The notes beneath the pieces are model-generated. The model saw nothing but the letters and a program-made list of their open reading frames with translations. It had not been told where the DNA came from and did no database searches. A stretch of DNA of 32,000 nt. It comes from Candidatus Saccharimonadota bacterium. GTDB lineage: Bacteria > Patescibacteriota > Saccharimonadia > Saccharimonadales > Saccharimonadaceae. Positions 1 to 10,365 of this stretch are shown here, piece by piece (the stretch's first letter is position 1; each line of letters starts with the position of its first letter). The stretch spans positions 1 through 32,000 of the forward strand of contig JBAQRV010000001.1 of assembly GCA_049296095.1 (NCBI GenBank), read 5' to 3'. The position numbers and the translations under genes are program-made.

Positions 1-86
1 CGGTCCCCCCGTCCGTCCCTCGTTCGCTCCCGCGACACTCTTTACTGTTCTGCTTATCGAATTAAATCTTAACGAAATGTACTACG

Positions 87-109
87 ACGCGCCATCAGGC
101 GTGTTTTTT
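87..109 (+). terminator. Rho-independent terminator of a unit that runs off the left edge
   Basis: 7-bp stem acgcgcc/ggcgtgt (one G-U pair), loop atca, followed by a T-run at 104-109. It lies 15 nt upstream of the sbcB start. Confidence 0.5.
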
Positions 110-123
110 GTTATGCTAAGTAT

Positions 124-1542
124 ATGTCTCAAACATTTTTCTTTTATGACCTCGAGACGTCAGGGCTGAGTGCTCGGGATGATCGGATTATGCAATTCGC
201 TGGTCAACGAACAGATCTTAATCTGAAACCTATTGGCGAGCCGTTTAATCTGCTCGTGAAGCTCAATGATGATACCTTACCAAGTCCTGATGCCTTGATG
301 GTGACGGGCATTACACCCCAGGAAACTGTGGCAGATGGCTATACAGAGGCGGAGTTCGCAAAGATATTGATCAATGACGTCTTTACCCCTGATACCATCA
401 CTGTTGGCTTTAATAATATTCGTTTTGATGACGAGTTTATTCGCGCTTTGTTGTGGCGCAATTTCTACGATCCGTATGAATGGGCCTGGAAGGATGGGCG
501 ATCGCGTTGGGATATTCTCGATGTTGTCCGCATGACGAGGGCGCTTCGGCCCGAAGGGATTGAATGGCCAGTAGTGGACGGCAAGCCAACCAACCGTCTC
601 GAACTTTTGACAAAGCTCAATGGGATCGACCATCTCAAGGCGCACGACGCACTCAGTGATGTCGAGGCTCTGATCGCGGTCACAGGATTAATAAAGGAGA
701 AGCAGCCGCAGCTGTACGACTATTTATTGAAACTTCGTGATAAGAAAGAAGTAAAAAAGCTTGTTAATCTCGATGACAAACAGCCATTCGTCTATGTCAG
801 TGGTCGGTATGATTCGCAATATGAAAAGGCGAGTGTTGCTTTCCCGCTGACAAGCGGGCGTAACGGTAACGTCATGGTGTATGATCTTCGCCATGACCCT
901 AGCGCTTTTGTGGAATTATCTATCAAGGATTTGCAAAAGAAGGTGTATGCAACCTGGGAGGAACGTCAGAAGGAGGGTTTCGTCCCGCTACCTATCAAGG
1001 AATTGCAATACAATCGAGCACCAGCAGTGGCTCCGCTTGGGGTTCTTGCCCAGGCTGATGGGTGGCAGCGGATTGGGTTGAGCGAAGAGGTGGTCACCAA
1101 GCATCGTAACCTTTTGCTGGCGCACCCCGGATTCGCAGAGAATATCCGTACCATTTATGAAAATCGACCTGAATATGCAGCAGCAGTTGATCCAGAAGCG
1201 CAGTTGTACGATGGCTTTGTTGGTGATATGGATGTTATGCGGATCGAAAAGGTACGCTCGAGTGACGCCCAACAGTTGGCTGATCTTCACCCAGAATTTG
1301 TCGATGAGCGATTGTCGCCCCTTCTTTTGCACTATAAAGCACGTAATTTCCCGCACAGTTTGGCCGAAGATGAAGTTATCATTTGGGAAGAGTGGCGCGC
1401 CGCGCGTATCTCTCGGCAGCTGCCAGTTTTTTTGACTCGTTTGCAGCAACTATCAACCTCGGTAACTGATGACAAGAAGCAATTTATTTTGCAAGAATTG
1501 CAGCTCTGGGCAGAGAGCGTTGTGCCGTTAGACACTGACTAG
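124..1542 (+). CDS. sbcB: Exodeoxyribonuclease I (DEDDh 3'-5' ssDNA exonuclease)
   Basis: 472-aa ORF. N-terminal Exo I motif FFFYDLETSGL, Exo III-type motif HDALSDV, and overall length close to E. coli SbcB (about 475 aa). Confidence 0.9.
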   Translation: MSQTFFFYDLETSGLSARDDRIMQFAGQRTDLNLKPIGEPFNLLVKLNDDTLPSPDALMVTGITPQETVADGYTEAEFAKILINDVFTPDTITVGFNNIRFDDEFIRALLWRNFYDPYEWAWKDGRSRWDILDVVRMTRALRPEGIEWPVVDGKPTNRLELLTKLNGIDHLKAHDALSDVEALIAVTGLIKEKQPQLYDYLLKLRDKKEVKKLVNLDDKQPFVYVSGRYDSQYEKASVAFPLTSGRNGNVMVYDLRHDPSAFVELSIKDLQKKVYATWEERQKEGFVPLPIKELQYNRAPAVAPLGVLAQADGWQRIGLSEEVVTKHRNLLLAHPGFAENIRTIYENRPEYAAAVDPEAQLYDGFVGDMDVMRIEKVRSSDAQQLADLHPEFVDERLSPLLLHYKARNFPHSLAEDEVIIWEEWRAARISRQLPVFLTRLQQLSTSVTDDKKQFILQELQLWAESVVPLDTD

Positions 1543-1784
1543 GCTTTTTTGAGAACGGGCATTCGACCAAAAACTGGCTGTAGTGCACGAGCACTGAGAC
1601 GCCCAATAACCACACCGATAAGTAGCGCAAAGAACTCCATCATTGTCGAGGCACTTATGGCAATGTTTGTCCCAGGAATGACACCAGCGAGTAGGAACAT
1701 CATTAAGATATGACCTAGATTGAGGCTGTCGAGAATGATGAGGCCTGAAAGAATCAAGCAGGTGGTAATGATGGTTTTTTGCAT
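1539..1784 (-). CDS. Small hydrophobic membrane protein, function unknown
   Basis: 81-aa ORF made almost entirely of 2-3 hydrophobic helices. It fills the sbcB-uvrA gap and overlaps the sbcB stop by 4 nt in convergent orientation. No family recognised. Confidence 0.5.
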   Translation of the reverse strand: MQKTIITTCLILSGLIILDSLNLGHILMMFLLAGVIPGTNIAISASTMMEFFALLIGVVIGRLSARALQPVFGRMPVLKKA

Positions 1785-1903
1785 TTGGTACGTCTCTCGT
1801 GAATTTCCTCAAAATATACACCCTTGGCCCCTGTATAGCAAGCATAGGCGTGATGAGTATCGGACTGGAAAAGATTGAGAAAAAAGCGTATAATTGTATG
1901 GTT

Positions 1904-4717
1904 ATGTCAGAGGTTATTAGAGTTGTCGGTGCGCGGGAGCACAATCTTAAAAATATTACTGTTGAGATTCCTCGCGATAAGCTCGTTGTTATTACGGGTT
2001 TGAGTGGCTCTGGTAAATCGAGTCTAGCCTTTGATACGATTTACGCCGAAGGTCAGCGACGGTACGTTGAAAGCCTGTCGAGTTATGCTCGTCAGTTCTT
2101 AGGATTGATGGAAAAGCCCGACGTTGATCAGATTGACGGCCTCAGTCCGGCGATTAGTATCGACCAGAAATCAACCAGTCGCAACCCTCGGAGTACGGTT
2201 GCAACAGTGACCGAGATCTATGATTATCTCCGTCTGCTTTACGCACGTATTGGCATTCCGCACTGTCCTGTGTGTGGTAAACCAGTCACGCGTCGTACGC
2301 CCGAGGATATTATCGATGAGATTATGAAGCTCACTGAAGGCGCTCGCCTGATGATTTTAGCGCCAATCGTAAAGAGTAAAAAGGGTGAATTTGCCCATGT
2401 TCCAGAGCAGTATCGTCGTGTCGGTTTTGCTCGTGCTCGGGTGGACGGAGTTATTTATTCATTGGATGAATTCCCCGAGCTTGATAAGAAGTATAAGCAC
2501 GACATTGAAATCGTTGTCGACCGTGTGGCTTTGAGCCAAGACATCCGAGGTCGCATCGCTCAATCGGTTGAGCAATCGCTAGAGATTGCCGATGGCGTCG
2601 TGCAAATCTTGGATGTCGATTCTGAAACAAACTATGTATATAGTCAGCGCTACGCCTGTCTAGATCACCCGAATGAAGAGATCCCTGAACTTGAACCGCG
2701 CCTGTTTAGCTTTAACGCGCCACAGGGTGCATGTCCAGTCTGCACAGGACTCGGTAGCCGTCTAGAGGTTGATCCTGACCTAGTTTTTAATCCGAACCTG
2801 ACGATTGCCGAAGGTGCGATCCGACCATATAACCGTGTGAATAGCGATGCTTGGTATATGAAGCGATTAGCTGCAGTGGCGGATCGCCACGACTTTAGTC
2901 TGCGAGTTCCCGTAAAGGATCTATCAGACGAAGCCGTGCAGATGATCCTTTACGGAACTGGTGATGAGAAGTATCGTGTCTCACTGGGTGATGGGCGGGC
3001 ATACGACTCAACCTATGAAGGGGTGATTCCAAACCTCGAGCGTCGCTTTAAAGAAACCGACAGTGACTTTATGCGTAAAGACATCGAACGGTTCATGCGT
3101 GAACGCGAGTGCCATGCCTGTAAGGGTATGCGTCTCAAACCTGTCGTGCTAGCGGTGACGATTCACGGTTTGAATATTATGGATATTTGTACTTTGGGTG
3201 TTGATGCCGCTCTTGATCTGTTTGAAAATAAACTCAAACTCAACGATCAAGAGCAGTTCATCGCCGCCCAGATCATGAAAGAGATTAATTCTCGTCTTGG
3301 TTTCATGAATAATGTTGGCCTTAATTACCTCGAGTTATCACGAGCAGCAAATACCTTGTCTGGTGGGGAAGCGCAACGTATTCGTTTGGCAACTCAAATT
3401 GGCTCAGGCCTCCAAGGTGTGCTATACGTTCTGGACGAGCCTTCTATCGGTCTACACCAACGTGATAATGATCGTCTGATTTCGACTCTCAAACACCTCC
3501 GGGACCTAGGTAACACCGTACTGGTTGTCGAACATGACGAAGATACGATTCGTCAGGCTGATTATTTGCTTGATATTGGTCCTGGTGCTGGTGTCGCAGG
3601 TGGTCACGTTGTTGCCTCTGGAACGCCTGATGAAGTCGCCAAAAACCCAGATAGTATTACTGGCCGATTCCTGATTGGTACAGAGAAGATTGATGTACCA
3701 AAGAAGCGTCGTCCAATCGTCAAGGACCGTCGTTTGATTGTACGTGGCGCCCGTGAAAATAATCTTAAAAATATCGATGTTACGATTCCCCTTGGTGTTA
3801 TGACGGTAGTAAGTGGCGTTAGTGGTTCTGGCAAATCAACACTGGTTAATGACATTCTTGCTAAAGAGCTGTCGGCTCGTTTGCACCGATCACACGAAGT
3901 CCCTGGAGCGCACGAAAACCTCGAAGGCGTCGAGCAACTCGATAAGGTGATCGTGATCGATCAGTCGGCCATTGGGCGAACACCTCGTTCAAACCCAGCG
4001 ACCTATACCGGCGTCTTTACGCCGATTCGCGAATTGTTTGCTGGCACGACTGAAGCGAATATCCGTGGCTACAAAGCGGGACGATTCAGCTTTAACGTTA
4101 AGGGCGGGCGCTGCGAGAACTGTCAGGGTGACGGAGTGATTAAGATTGAAATGCACTTCTTGCCTGACGTCTATGTCACTTGTGATGTCTGTAAAGGTAA
4201 ACGATACAACCGCGAAGCGCTTGAAATCAAATACAAGGACGCCACTATCAGTGATGTTCTTGAAATGACCGTCGAGCAGGGTGCAAAATTCTTTGAGAAT
4301 ATTCCAGCCATTGCTCGCAAGCTCGACACTCTCGTAGACGTTGGTCTCGGTTATATCCGACTTGGTCAGCCAGCGACGACATTCTCTGGTGGTGAAGCGC
4401 AGCGCATAAAGCTCGCATCAGAACTATCTCGTCGTTCAACTGGAAAGACGTTATACATCCTTGACGAACCAACGACTGGTCTTCACAGTGCCGATGTCAA
4501 GCGACTTCTAGTTATCTTGCAAAAGCTGGTTCAGGGCGGCAATAGCATGGTGGTGATCGAGCATAATCTCGATGTCATTAAGACGGCCGATCACATTATT
4601 GATATGGGTCCAGAGGGTGGACTAGGTGGTGGCATGGTGGTCGCCTCGGGGACTCCAGAAGAGATTGTTAAAGTAAATGATTCGTTTACTGGTCGGTATC
4701 TAAAGACACTTCTGTAG
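1904..4717 (+). CDS. uvrA: Excinuclease ABC subunit A
   Basis: [18 protein letters not shown]...[28 protein letters not shown] aligns with the UvrA N-terminus. Two ABC modules (LSGGEAQR twice) and Cys-cluster Zn modules ([25 protein letters not shown]). The ORF-track start at 1799 is an upstream extension; ATG 1898 is an alternative. A TATAAT box lies at 1888-1893. Confidence 0.95.
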   Translation: MSEVIRVVGAREHNLKNITVEIPRDKLVVITGLSGSGKSSLAFDTIYAEGQRRYVESLSSYARQFLGLMEKPDVDQIDGLSPAISIDQKSTSRNPRSTVATVTEIYDYLRLLYARIGIPHCPVCGKPVTRRTPEDIIDEIMKLTEGARLMILAPIVKSKKGEFAHVPEQYRRVGFARARVDGVIYSLDEFPELDKKYKHDIEIVVDRVALSQDIRGRIAQSVEQSLEIADGVVQILDVDSETNYVYSQRYACLDHPNEEIPELEPRLFSFNAPQGACPVCTGLGSRLEVDPDLVFNPNLTIAEGAIRPYNRVNSDAWYMKRLAAVADRHDFSLRVPVKDLSDEAVQMILYGTGDEKYRVSLGDGRAYDSTYEGVIPNLERRFKETDSDFMRKDIERFMRERECHACKGMRLKPVVLAVTIHGLNIMDICTLGVDAALDLFENKLKLNDQEQFIAAQIMKEINSRLGFMNNVGLNYLELSRAANTLSGGEAQRIRLATQIGSGLQGVLYVLDEPSIGLHQRDNDRLISTLKHLRDLGNTVLVVEHDEDTIRQADYLLDIGPGAGVAGGHVVASGTPDEVAKNPDSITGRFLIGTEKIDVPKKRRPIVKDRRLIVRGARENNLKNIDVTIPLGVMTVVSGVSGSGKSTLVNDILAKELSARLHRSHEVPGAHENLEGVEQLDKVIVIDQSAIGRTPRSNPATYTGVFTPIRELFAGTTEANIRGYKAGRFSFNVKGGRCENCQGDGVIKIEMHFLPDVYVTCDVCKGKRYNREALEIKYKDATISDVLEMTVEQGAKFFENIPAIARKLDTLVDVGLGYIRLGQPATTFSGGEAQRIKLASELSRRSTGKTLYILDEPTTGLHSADVKRLLVILQKLVQGGNSMVVIEHNLDVIKTADHIIDMGPEGGLGGGMVVASGTPEEIVKVNDSFTGRYLKTLL

Positions 4718-6482
4718 GTTCTTGCGACAAAATCAAGACGTTGTAGTCGGCGAGTTCGAGTGAGACTTTGTTATCCTCCCCTGTCGTGATACTTGAGGTT
4801 TTCGTTTCATTAAAATCAGGGCTGTAACCTTTCCAACTGCTATTAAAGCGAACATGCCAGGTTCCTGAAATTGGCAGTGAAAGTTCATAGTCTTTAAATC
4901 TTTGATCGCTAAAATTAGCAATGACGATAACGTCGTCGTGAGGGCCGCCGTTCAGCCAGCGATGGTAGGCAATGACGTTATTGTTCTGGTCTTGGTGAAA
5001 GATATTAATTGAAGGGCCGGTTAGACCTGCTGTATTTGCATAAGTGTCTAGACGTAGATTAATCAGGTGCTGGTGCGCGAGCACGATGCCAGCAAACTGT
5101 ACCGTTTTGTCCCAGTCGAGCATCTGCCAGTCATTAAAGGCACCTTCTTGCATGAACTCCTCACCTTGTAAAAGGAGGGGGATGCCGGGGGCGGTGAGTA
5201 GTATAGCATTTGCCACTAGCTCGTATTGACGGGCAAAGACACTTCCGGCATTGCCCGGTGTTGCGGCTTCATTGAGACGGACTGAGCTGTTCGCTGCCGT
5301 GTCGTGCGAGTCGCTAAAGATAACTTTCTGGAATGGTTGCCCATTATAGAAGTGTTGTAGCTCGCCTGCGAGCGTGTCGCCGCTTTGGTTTTGCTCCAGA
5401 CCAAGCGTACTTCTGAGCGTGTGGGGGAGTGTCAGGCCCCACTGCGCATCAAAGCCGGCACCACCATCACTGATAGGCTTGGTGATGTACTCATTGCCTG
5501 ATGTATCTTCGGCGTACATCATAACTGATGGGTTGATTTTATGGGCTAGTTTCGTCATGTCCTGGAGGAGTACCCAGGCGTCACCAATATCATGGGAAGG
5601 ATCACCACTGGGCCCCTCGGTGTTACGCATGTAGGTGGTGGAGTCTATACGGAGCCCATCGATGTGATATTCGGTCAGCCACATTGTAATATTGTCGAGG
5701 ATAAATTGACGCACCTCTGGACGGCCATAGTCAGGACGTCCACCCCAAGGCGTATCGCCACGCTCATCATTGTAAAAGTAAATTCCGCCACGACCATTTT
5801 CACTCCAACCGTCGAATTGCCATAGATCAGTGTCAGGGAAGAAATGGTTGTATACGAGATCGAGAACAACTGCCAGGCCACGTTCGTGACAGGCTTTGAC
5901 AAAGTCGAGCAATCCACGCCGCCCGCCGTAAGAGTTTTCAACTGAGAATATATGATTCGTAGCATACCCCCAGCCATTACTCATAGCAATACTGGTAACG
6001 GGCATGAGCTCGATAGTGTTAATTCCTAGACTCACGAGATAATCGAGCTTCTCAATTGCGCTCGCAAAGGTTCCTTGAGTGGAGGCGTCAGGACGATTAA
6101 AGGTTCCGATATGCATCTCATAGATAATTTGTTTCTCTTTTGGAATAGTAGGAGACTGTGTATCTTCCCAGTCAAAGTCGGCATCAACGATCACTGATGC
6201 ACCATTGTCAGAGACGGTTAGCTGGCGAGCGCGTGGATCGTTCTTTTCGAGGGTCCGTCCATCGGCTGTCTGAATGCGGTACTTATAGCCTTGTCCTGCG
6301 ATGATGTCTGGAACCAGAGCGGCCCAGTAGCCGTCATTTTCGCTCACAAGCGGAGTTTCATGCCAATCGAACGGCTCTCCAATAATCACACTAACTGAGG
6401 CGGCAAAAGGCGCCCAGACTCTAAATTCGACACCTTCTTTAGAAAGCGTTGCCCCTAGGTTCTTTTTTGCCTGATGCCCCAT
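4686..6482 (-). CDS. GH13 alpha-glucan-active enzyme with N-terminal CBM48-like module (GlgB/TreZ-like; subfamily not resolvable by eye)
   Basis: 598 aa. N-terminus GVEFRVWAP...YKYRI (CBM48-type). GH13 regions [27 protein letters not shown] and FSDSHD. Confidence 0.85.
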   Translation of the reverse strand: MGHQAKKNLGATLSKEGVEFRVWAPFAASVSVIIGEPFDWHETPLVSENDGYWAALVPDIIAGQGYKYRIQTADGRTLEKNDPRARQLTVSDNGASVIVDADFDWEDTQSPTIPKEKQIIYEMHIGTFNRPDASTQGTFASAIEKLDYLVSLGINTIELMPVTSIAMSNGWGYATNHIFSVENSYGGRRGLLDFVKACHERGLAVVLDLVYNHFFPDTDLWQFDGWSENGRGGIYFYNDERGDTPWGGRPDYGRPEVRQFILDNITMWLTEYHIDGLRIDSTTYMRNTEGPSGDPSHDIGDAWVLLQDMTKLAHKINPSVMMYAEDTSGNEYITKPISDGGAGFDAQWGLTLPHTLRSTLGLEQNQSGDTLAGELQHFYNGQPFQKVIFSDSHDTAANSSVRLNEAATPGNAGSVFARQYELVANAILLTAPGIPLLLQGEEFMQEGAFNDWQMLDWDKTVQFAGIVLAHQHLINLRLDTYANTAGLTGPSINIFHQDQNNNVIAYHRWLNGGPHDDVIVIANFSDQRFKDYELSLPISGTWHVRFNSSWKGYSPDFNETKTSSITTGEDNKVSLELADYNVLILSQEPTEVSLDTDQ

Positions 6483-6528
6483 ACTACCCCCTAGTATGGA
6501 GGCTTAAGCGTTATTTGACAAGGAGGGG

Positions 6529-7212
6529 TTACTTTGAGCGTCTGCTAAAGATCGAGCGGATTTCGCGCTTGGTACTATTCCATAAATCAGTACGGAGTTT
6601 CTTATCACGAATAAGGTGGATAATGCCAGGGAGGACTGAAACGAAAATGATCAGAGCAATGATTGGGAGCAAGACCTGGTCGATCTCGATGCCAGCTTGC
6701 TCAAACAAGCTTCCAAGCCCGTAGCCAATATAGGTGACACCAGCAGCCCAAAGGAAGCCACCAATGAGGTTAAAGGCGAGGAACTTTTGATAATGCATTC
6801 GACTAGCCCCTGCAACGATTGGCGCAAAGGTACGAACGATAGGGATAAAGCGGGCAATAATAATCGTCTTGCCGCCGTGCTTTTCATAAAAAGATTGGGC
6901 ACGTTGGATATATTCTTGCTTGAATAGGCGAGCGTCGGGCTTTCTGAAAATACGAGGTCCAGCTTTACGACCAAACCAATAGCCTACGGTATCACCGAGA
7001 ACTGCTGCGATGAAGATGATCAGGACAGCGAGATGAATATTAAAGGGTAATAATCCAGAGTGGATGAGAAAGCCGGTGGTGAACAGCAAGCTGTCACCAG
7101 GAAGAAAGAAACCAATAAGAAGTCCAGATTCGGCAAAGACAACTGCCGCAACGCCAATGATGCTGACAGCAACGATAAAGTCGATAAGATCTACTCCAGG
7201 AATCATACTCAC
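6529..7212 (-). CDS. DedA/SNARE-associated family membrane protein
   Basis: 227 aa, multi-pass membrane protein. Contains the DedA signature region GFFLPGDSLLFTTGFL...GRKAGPRIF. Confidence 0.85.
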   Translation of the reverse strand: MSMIPGVDLIDFIVAVSIIGVAAVVFAESGLLIGFFLPGDSLLFTTGFLIHSGLLPFNIHLAVLIIFIAAVLGDTVGYWFGRKAGPRIFRKPDARLFKQEYIQRAQSFYEKHGGKTIIIARFIPIVRTFAPIVAGASRMHYQKFLAFNLIGGFLWAAGVTYIGYGLGSLFEQAGIEIDQVLLPIIALIIFVSVLPGIIHLIRDKKLRTDLWNSTKREIRSIFSRRSK

Positions 7213-7242
7213 TCTATTCTACCACGCCTTCCTCTCTGTTTA

Positions 7243-7251
7243 TGCTATAAT
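7243..7251 (+). promoter_or_regulatory. Extended -10 box (TGcTATAAT) for rplY
   Basis: tgctataat sits 52 nt upstream of the ATG. The leader carries the SD sequence gaaggaggag at about 7289-7298. Confidence 0.45.
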
Positions 7252-7303
7252 AGAGAGACAATATTATTTCCGTAAAGGTATCCAAACGAGAAGGAGGAGA
7301 GAC

Positions 7304-8029
7304 ATGGGAGATAAGATTATCCTAAACCTTGACCTGCGCACAGCACAGGGAAAGAAAGTCAAACAACTACGACAGGACGGAATTGTTCCGGCGGTTGTTT
7401 ATGGGCCGGGTGTTGAGCCGATCAATACACAGGCTGAATATAATGTAATGGAAAAAGTCGTCCGCAAAGCGGGCCGACATACACCAGTTCACTTGACGAT
7501 TGATGGCAAGAAAAAGATTGCCATGATTAAAGACGTCGACACTGAGCCTGTAAAGGCACGGATTCGTCACGTCTCATTTCACGCAGTGAATCAGAACGAT
7601 CCAGTGAATGCTGAAGTGCCGATCCGATTAATCGGTGAGGGTGAGAGCGAAGCTGAACGTGCTGGTCTGATCGTCTTGCAAGCATTGGATCACATTGAGA
7701 TCCGCGCCTTGCCACTCGATCTTCCAGAAGCACTCGAAGTTTCGATTGCTGGACTCAAAGAAGCGGGCGAGCAAATTACTCTTGGCGACATCCAGTTGCC
7801 TGAGAATGTCGCTTTCGTGGAACACACCACGGGACGCGAAGAAGAGGACGACGAGGCGCCACAACTCACTGACCTCGTGGTTGCGAGTGTCTATGAACCT
7901 GCCGCACTTGAAGCTGCTAATGAAGCTGCTGCGGGTGATGCTACTATCGAAACCGAAGTTGAAGCTGAGAATGGTGAAGCTGAAGCGACACCAGCCGAGG
8001 GCGAAGAAGCAAAGGCCGAAGAAAAGTAA
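7304..8029 (+). CDS. rplY: 50S ribosomal protein L25/general stress protein Ctc form, with acidic C-terminal tail
   Basis: MGDKIILNLDLRTAQGKKVKQLRQDGIVPAVVYG is a typical L25 N-terminus, with a strong GGAGG SD 6-8 nt upstream. The ORF-track start at 7064 overlaps DedA and is an artefact. Confidence 0.9.
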   Translation: MGDKIILNLDLRTAQGKKVKQLRQDGIVPAVVYGPGVEPINTQAEYNVMEKVVRKAGRHTPVHLTIDGKKKIAMIKDVDTEPVKARIRHVSFHAVNQNDPVNAEVPIRLIGEGESEAERAGLIVLQALDHIEIRALPLDLPEALEVSIAGLKEAGEQITLGDIQLPENVAFVEHTTGREEEDDEAPQLTDLVVASVYEPAALEAANEAAAGDATIETEVEAENGEAEATPAEGEEAKAEEK

Positions 8030-8046
8030 TCAGTCTCTCAACAAAA

Positions 8047-8074
8047 GACCCCGCTTGGTAGCGGGGTTCTTTTT
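8047..8074. terminator. Bidirectional rho-independent terminator shared by rplY (+) and the ABC exporter (-)
   Basis: Stem ccccgct (8049-8055) pairs with agcgggg (8060-8066), loop tggt. A T-run follows on the + strand (ttcttttt) and on the - strand (tcttttgt). Confidence 0.7.
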
Positions 8075-9839
8075 ATTCTTCGATGAAACCACCGGATTGG
8101 TGTGACCAGAGCTTGGCATAGACGCCTTTTTTCTTTAGGAGGTCTGTGTGTGTCCCATCTTCAATAATGACGCCCTTATCGAGAACGATGATACGGTCAA
8201 GTTTCGCGATTGTTGAGAGTCGATGAGCGATCACTATACTGGTGCGGCCTTTCATTAATTCAGTTAGTGCATCTTGAATAAGCTTCTCACTATTACTGTC
8301 GAGCGCTGAGGTTGCTTCGTCGAGAACAATGATCGGTGCGTCTTTTAAAATTGCCCTTGCGATAGCAACGCGCTGTCGCTGACCTCCGCTTAGTTTGACG
8401 CCTCGCTCTCCTACTAATGTATTCATTTTTTTAGGTAGCTTTTTGATGAACTCCATTGAGTGCGAAAGTGATGCTGCGTGTTCGATGTCTTTTAATTTAG
8501 CCCCCAATTTACCATATGAGATGTTGTCTCGTAATGATCGGTGGAATAGGAGAGGTTCCTGAGGCACATAGGCGATCGTACTATGGAGATCATCTTGGGT
8601 GACATCCTTAATAGATTGACCATCAATCAAGATACGACCCTTATCAATATCGGTGAATCGAAGGAGAATGCGCGTCAGGCTTGTTTTGCCAGAGCCAGAC
8701 TCGCCGACGACTCCAACTTTTTGTCCCGGTTTTATAGTCAGATTAAAATTCTGAAACAAAGCTTCTTTATTTTCATTGTGGGTAAACTGAACATTTTCAA
8801 ACCGAATTTCACCTGCTGCAACGTTCAACTTTTTTGGATGTGTCGGGTCGGTTAGTTCAATTGACTCATCCAGAGCTTGAATCATTGGGCTTGCATCACC
8901 AATGATGCGGATATAGTTACGTGTTGTGTTACCAACTGCCCATAGCTGAGAGACAACATTCAATGTGTAACTAATAACTAGGTAGATAACGCCAATTGAA
9001 GCGATATGATACTGAGTTGCGAAGACCGCAGCACTAAAAGCGAACATATTTAATATCACCATCAGGATTCCAAAAGAACCAGTGATAACAAGCACACTTT
9101 TCATTTCTTTAAGTGTTGCACCGCGCCACTCTTTTACCTTTTTGTTGTATTGCTGTAATTCATATGTCTCATTTGAGAAAGCTTTCACAACTGACAGGTT
9201 TGAAATTACATCAGCAAAATAACCAGTTGCGGCGCTCGACTTTTCAGAAACTCGCCGACTGACTGGCGCGATGCTACTTTGAGCCTTAATAATAACCGCT
9301 ACGATAATTGCCGAAAGAACAGCAAGAATAACGGCGTATTGCCAAAAGAGAAATGACAGAGCAATTGTTACCGATATCAAAGTCGTAAGGATTGGTACTG
9401 CCGTAAACATAAGAGTGTCCCAGAATCGCTCAATCGCACCATTCAGTTTTGAGTTGTCTGAAACGATGCCACCACTCATTTTATTGGCATGATAGTTAAG
9501 GCTTTTTGCGCTGAGTTTTCTTAGTGTTCGCATCATCGTATGAGCTTGCATCTTTGACTCTCCCAAGTACGCGAAAGCAATACTAAAACGAATGAGAATA
9601 ACATCACCGACAACTAAGACTATGGCGTAACCAATAAGGAGACTAATACTTGACTCGAGTGTCGCGCTTCCATCGGCGATGTGAGTAAGCAGTTGAGAAA
9701 CAAAGATAGGGGCAATCGTTGTCGTCAGGACAGCGAAGCCTATTTGGGTAATAAACATCAATGTCATCAGTACTGGTGAGACACGCCAAAGCCTCAGCAT
9801 AAAGTGGACAACGCGTGTTGATGATAACGGTTTTGACAT
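8073..9839 (-). CDS. ABC exporter, fused permease/ATPase (type I, MsbA/MdlB-like)
   Basis: 588 aa. N-terminal 6-TM region, then Walker A GESGSGKTS, signature LSGGQRQR and Walker B IIVLDEATS. An AGGAG SD lies upstream. Confidence 0.9.
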   Translation of the reverse strand: MSKPLSSTRVVHFMLRLWRVSPVLMTLMFITQIGFAVLTTTIAPIFVSQLLTHIADGSATLESSISLLIGYAIVLVVGDVILIRFSIAFAYLGESKMQAHTMMRTLRKLSAKSLNYHANKMSGGIVSDNSKLNGAIERFWDTLMFTAVPILTTLISVTIALSFLFWQYAVILAVLSAIIVAVIIKAQSSIAPVSRRVSEKSSAATGYFADVISNLSVVKAFSNETYELQQYNKKVKEWRGATLKEMKSVLVITGSFGILMVILNMFAFSAAVFATQYHIASIGVIYLVISYTLNVVSQLWAVGNTTRNYIRIIGDASPMIQALDESIELTDPTHPKKLNVAAGEIRFENVQFTHNENKEALFQNFNLTIKPGQKVGVVGESGSGKTSLTRILLRFTDIDKGRILIDGQSIKDVTQDDLHSTIAYVPQEPLLFHRSLRDNISYGKLGAKLKDIEHAASLSHSMEFIKKLPKKMNTLVGERGVKLSGGQRQRVAIARAILKDAPIIVLDEATSALDSNSEKLIQDALTELMKGRTSIVIAHRLSTIAKLDRIIVLDKGVIIEDGTHTDLLKKKGVYAKLWSHQSGGFIEE

Positions 9840-9970
9840 AGAACTCCTAATCTATAAGTCGTTGATAATAAAAGTCGCTATTGGTTTGGCCGTCCAAACG
9901 TTTGCGCAAGAGGATTCCTAAGAATCGTAGTGTTCATGATTATGTCACACCGAGCAAAGAATGTAAAATA

Positions 9971-10324
9971 CTATTTCTTTAGGCGGTGATCAATTGCATC
10001 TCTACTGAGTAAGATAATATTTCGCATGAGATCATCAGGTAGTGGATTGCTTGGCGTAAAACTGATCGTTCCCTTGCTGAGTTTGAATGGTTCGAGTTCT
10101 TTTTTAAACACCGAGATGACCTCTGCCCCCGGATAAATACTCAAGAACTTTTTGTTTGAGGCAAAAGCGATCATGTATTTGCCTTTGTATTTGTAGGTCG
10201 GAATACCGTAACTGAAACTATCTTCGGCTTCGGGTACCTCTTCATATACAAGCTGACGCAAGTGCGAGAAGAAGGCTTTTTCTGCCGGAACCAACTTCTC
10301 GATGTATTCCGTGACGATTGTCAT
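9971..10324 (-). CDS. DUF1801 (YdhG-like) domain protein
   Basis: 117 aa. Pattern ...SFSYGIPTYKYKGKYMIAFASNKKFLSIYPG... matches my recollection of DUF1801. An extended -10 (tgttatatt, 10339-10331 on the - strand) ends 6 nt before the ATG. Confidence 0.6.
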   Translation of the reverse strand: MTIVTEYIEKLVPAEKAFFSHLRQLVYEEVPEAEDSFSYGIPTYKYKGKYMIAFASNKKFLSIYPGAEVISVFKKELEPFKLSKGTISFTPSNPLPDDLMRNIILLSRDAIDHRLKK

Positions 10325-10349
10325 ACCCCTAATATAACACTGGTCAACG

Positions 10350-10358
10350 TGATATAAT
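10350..10358 (+). promoter_or_regulatory. Extended -10 box (TGaTATAAT) ending 7 nt upstream of the trhO GTG; leaderless-type
   Basis: tgatataat at 10350-10358, spacer agaagac, GTG at 10366, and no SD in between. Confidence 0.45.
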
Positions 10359-10365
10359 AGAAGAC

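Noticed and set aside
277-1535. Multiple 60-150-aa ORFs antisense to or out of frame within sbcB, with similar cases inside uvrA, the GH13 gene, MMPL, typA, trehalase and others
   Set aside because: They are nested inside confidently identified long genes, have no expression signals, and have the composition typical of shadow ORFs.
1799-1903. Upstream extensions offered by the ORF track: uvrA 1799, rplY 7064, M24 peptidase 17333, SBP 19096, rarA 28186, SDR 28280
   Set aside because: Each extension overlaps a neighbouring gene, promoter or tRNA and adds residues not seen at the conserved family N-termini. Internal starts with -10 or SD signals fit better.
9840-9970. Possible regulatory leader or 19-codon uORF (MNTTILRNPLAQTFGRPNQ) upstream of the ABC exporter, with hairpins at 9884-9899 and 9913-9926
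   Set aside because: The uORF ATG sits 1 nt after the best -10 candidate (tgacataat, 9947-9939 on the - strand), so it would not be transcribed from that promoter. The hairpins are only 5-6 bp and no T-tract follows them, so evidence for an attenuator is insufficient.
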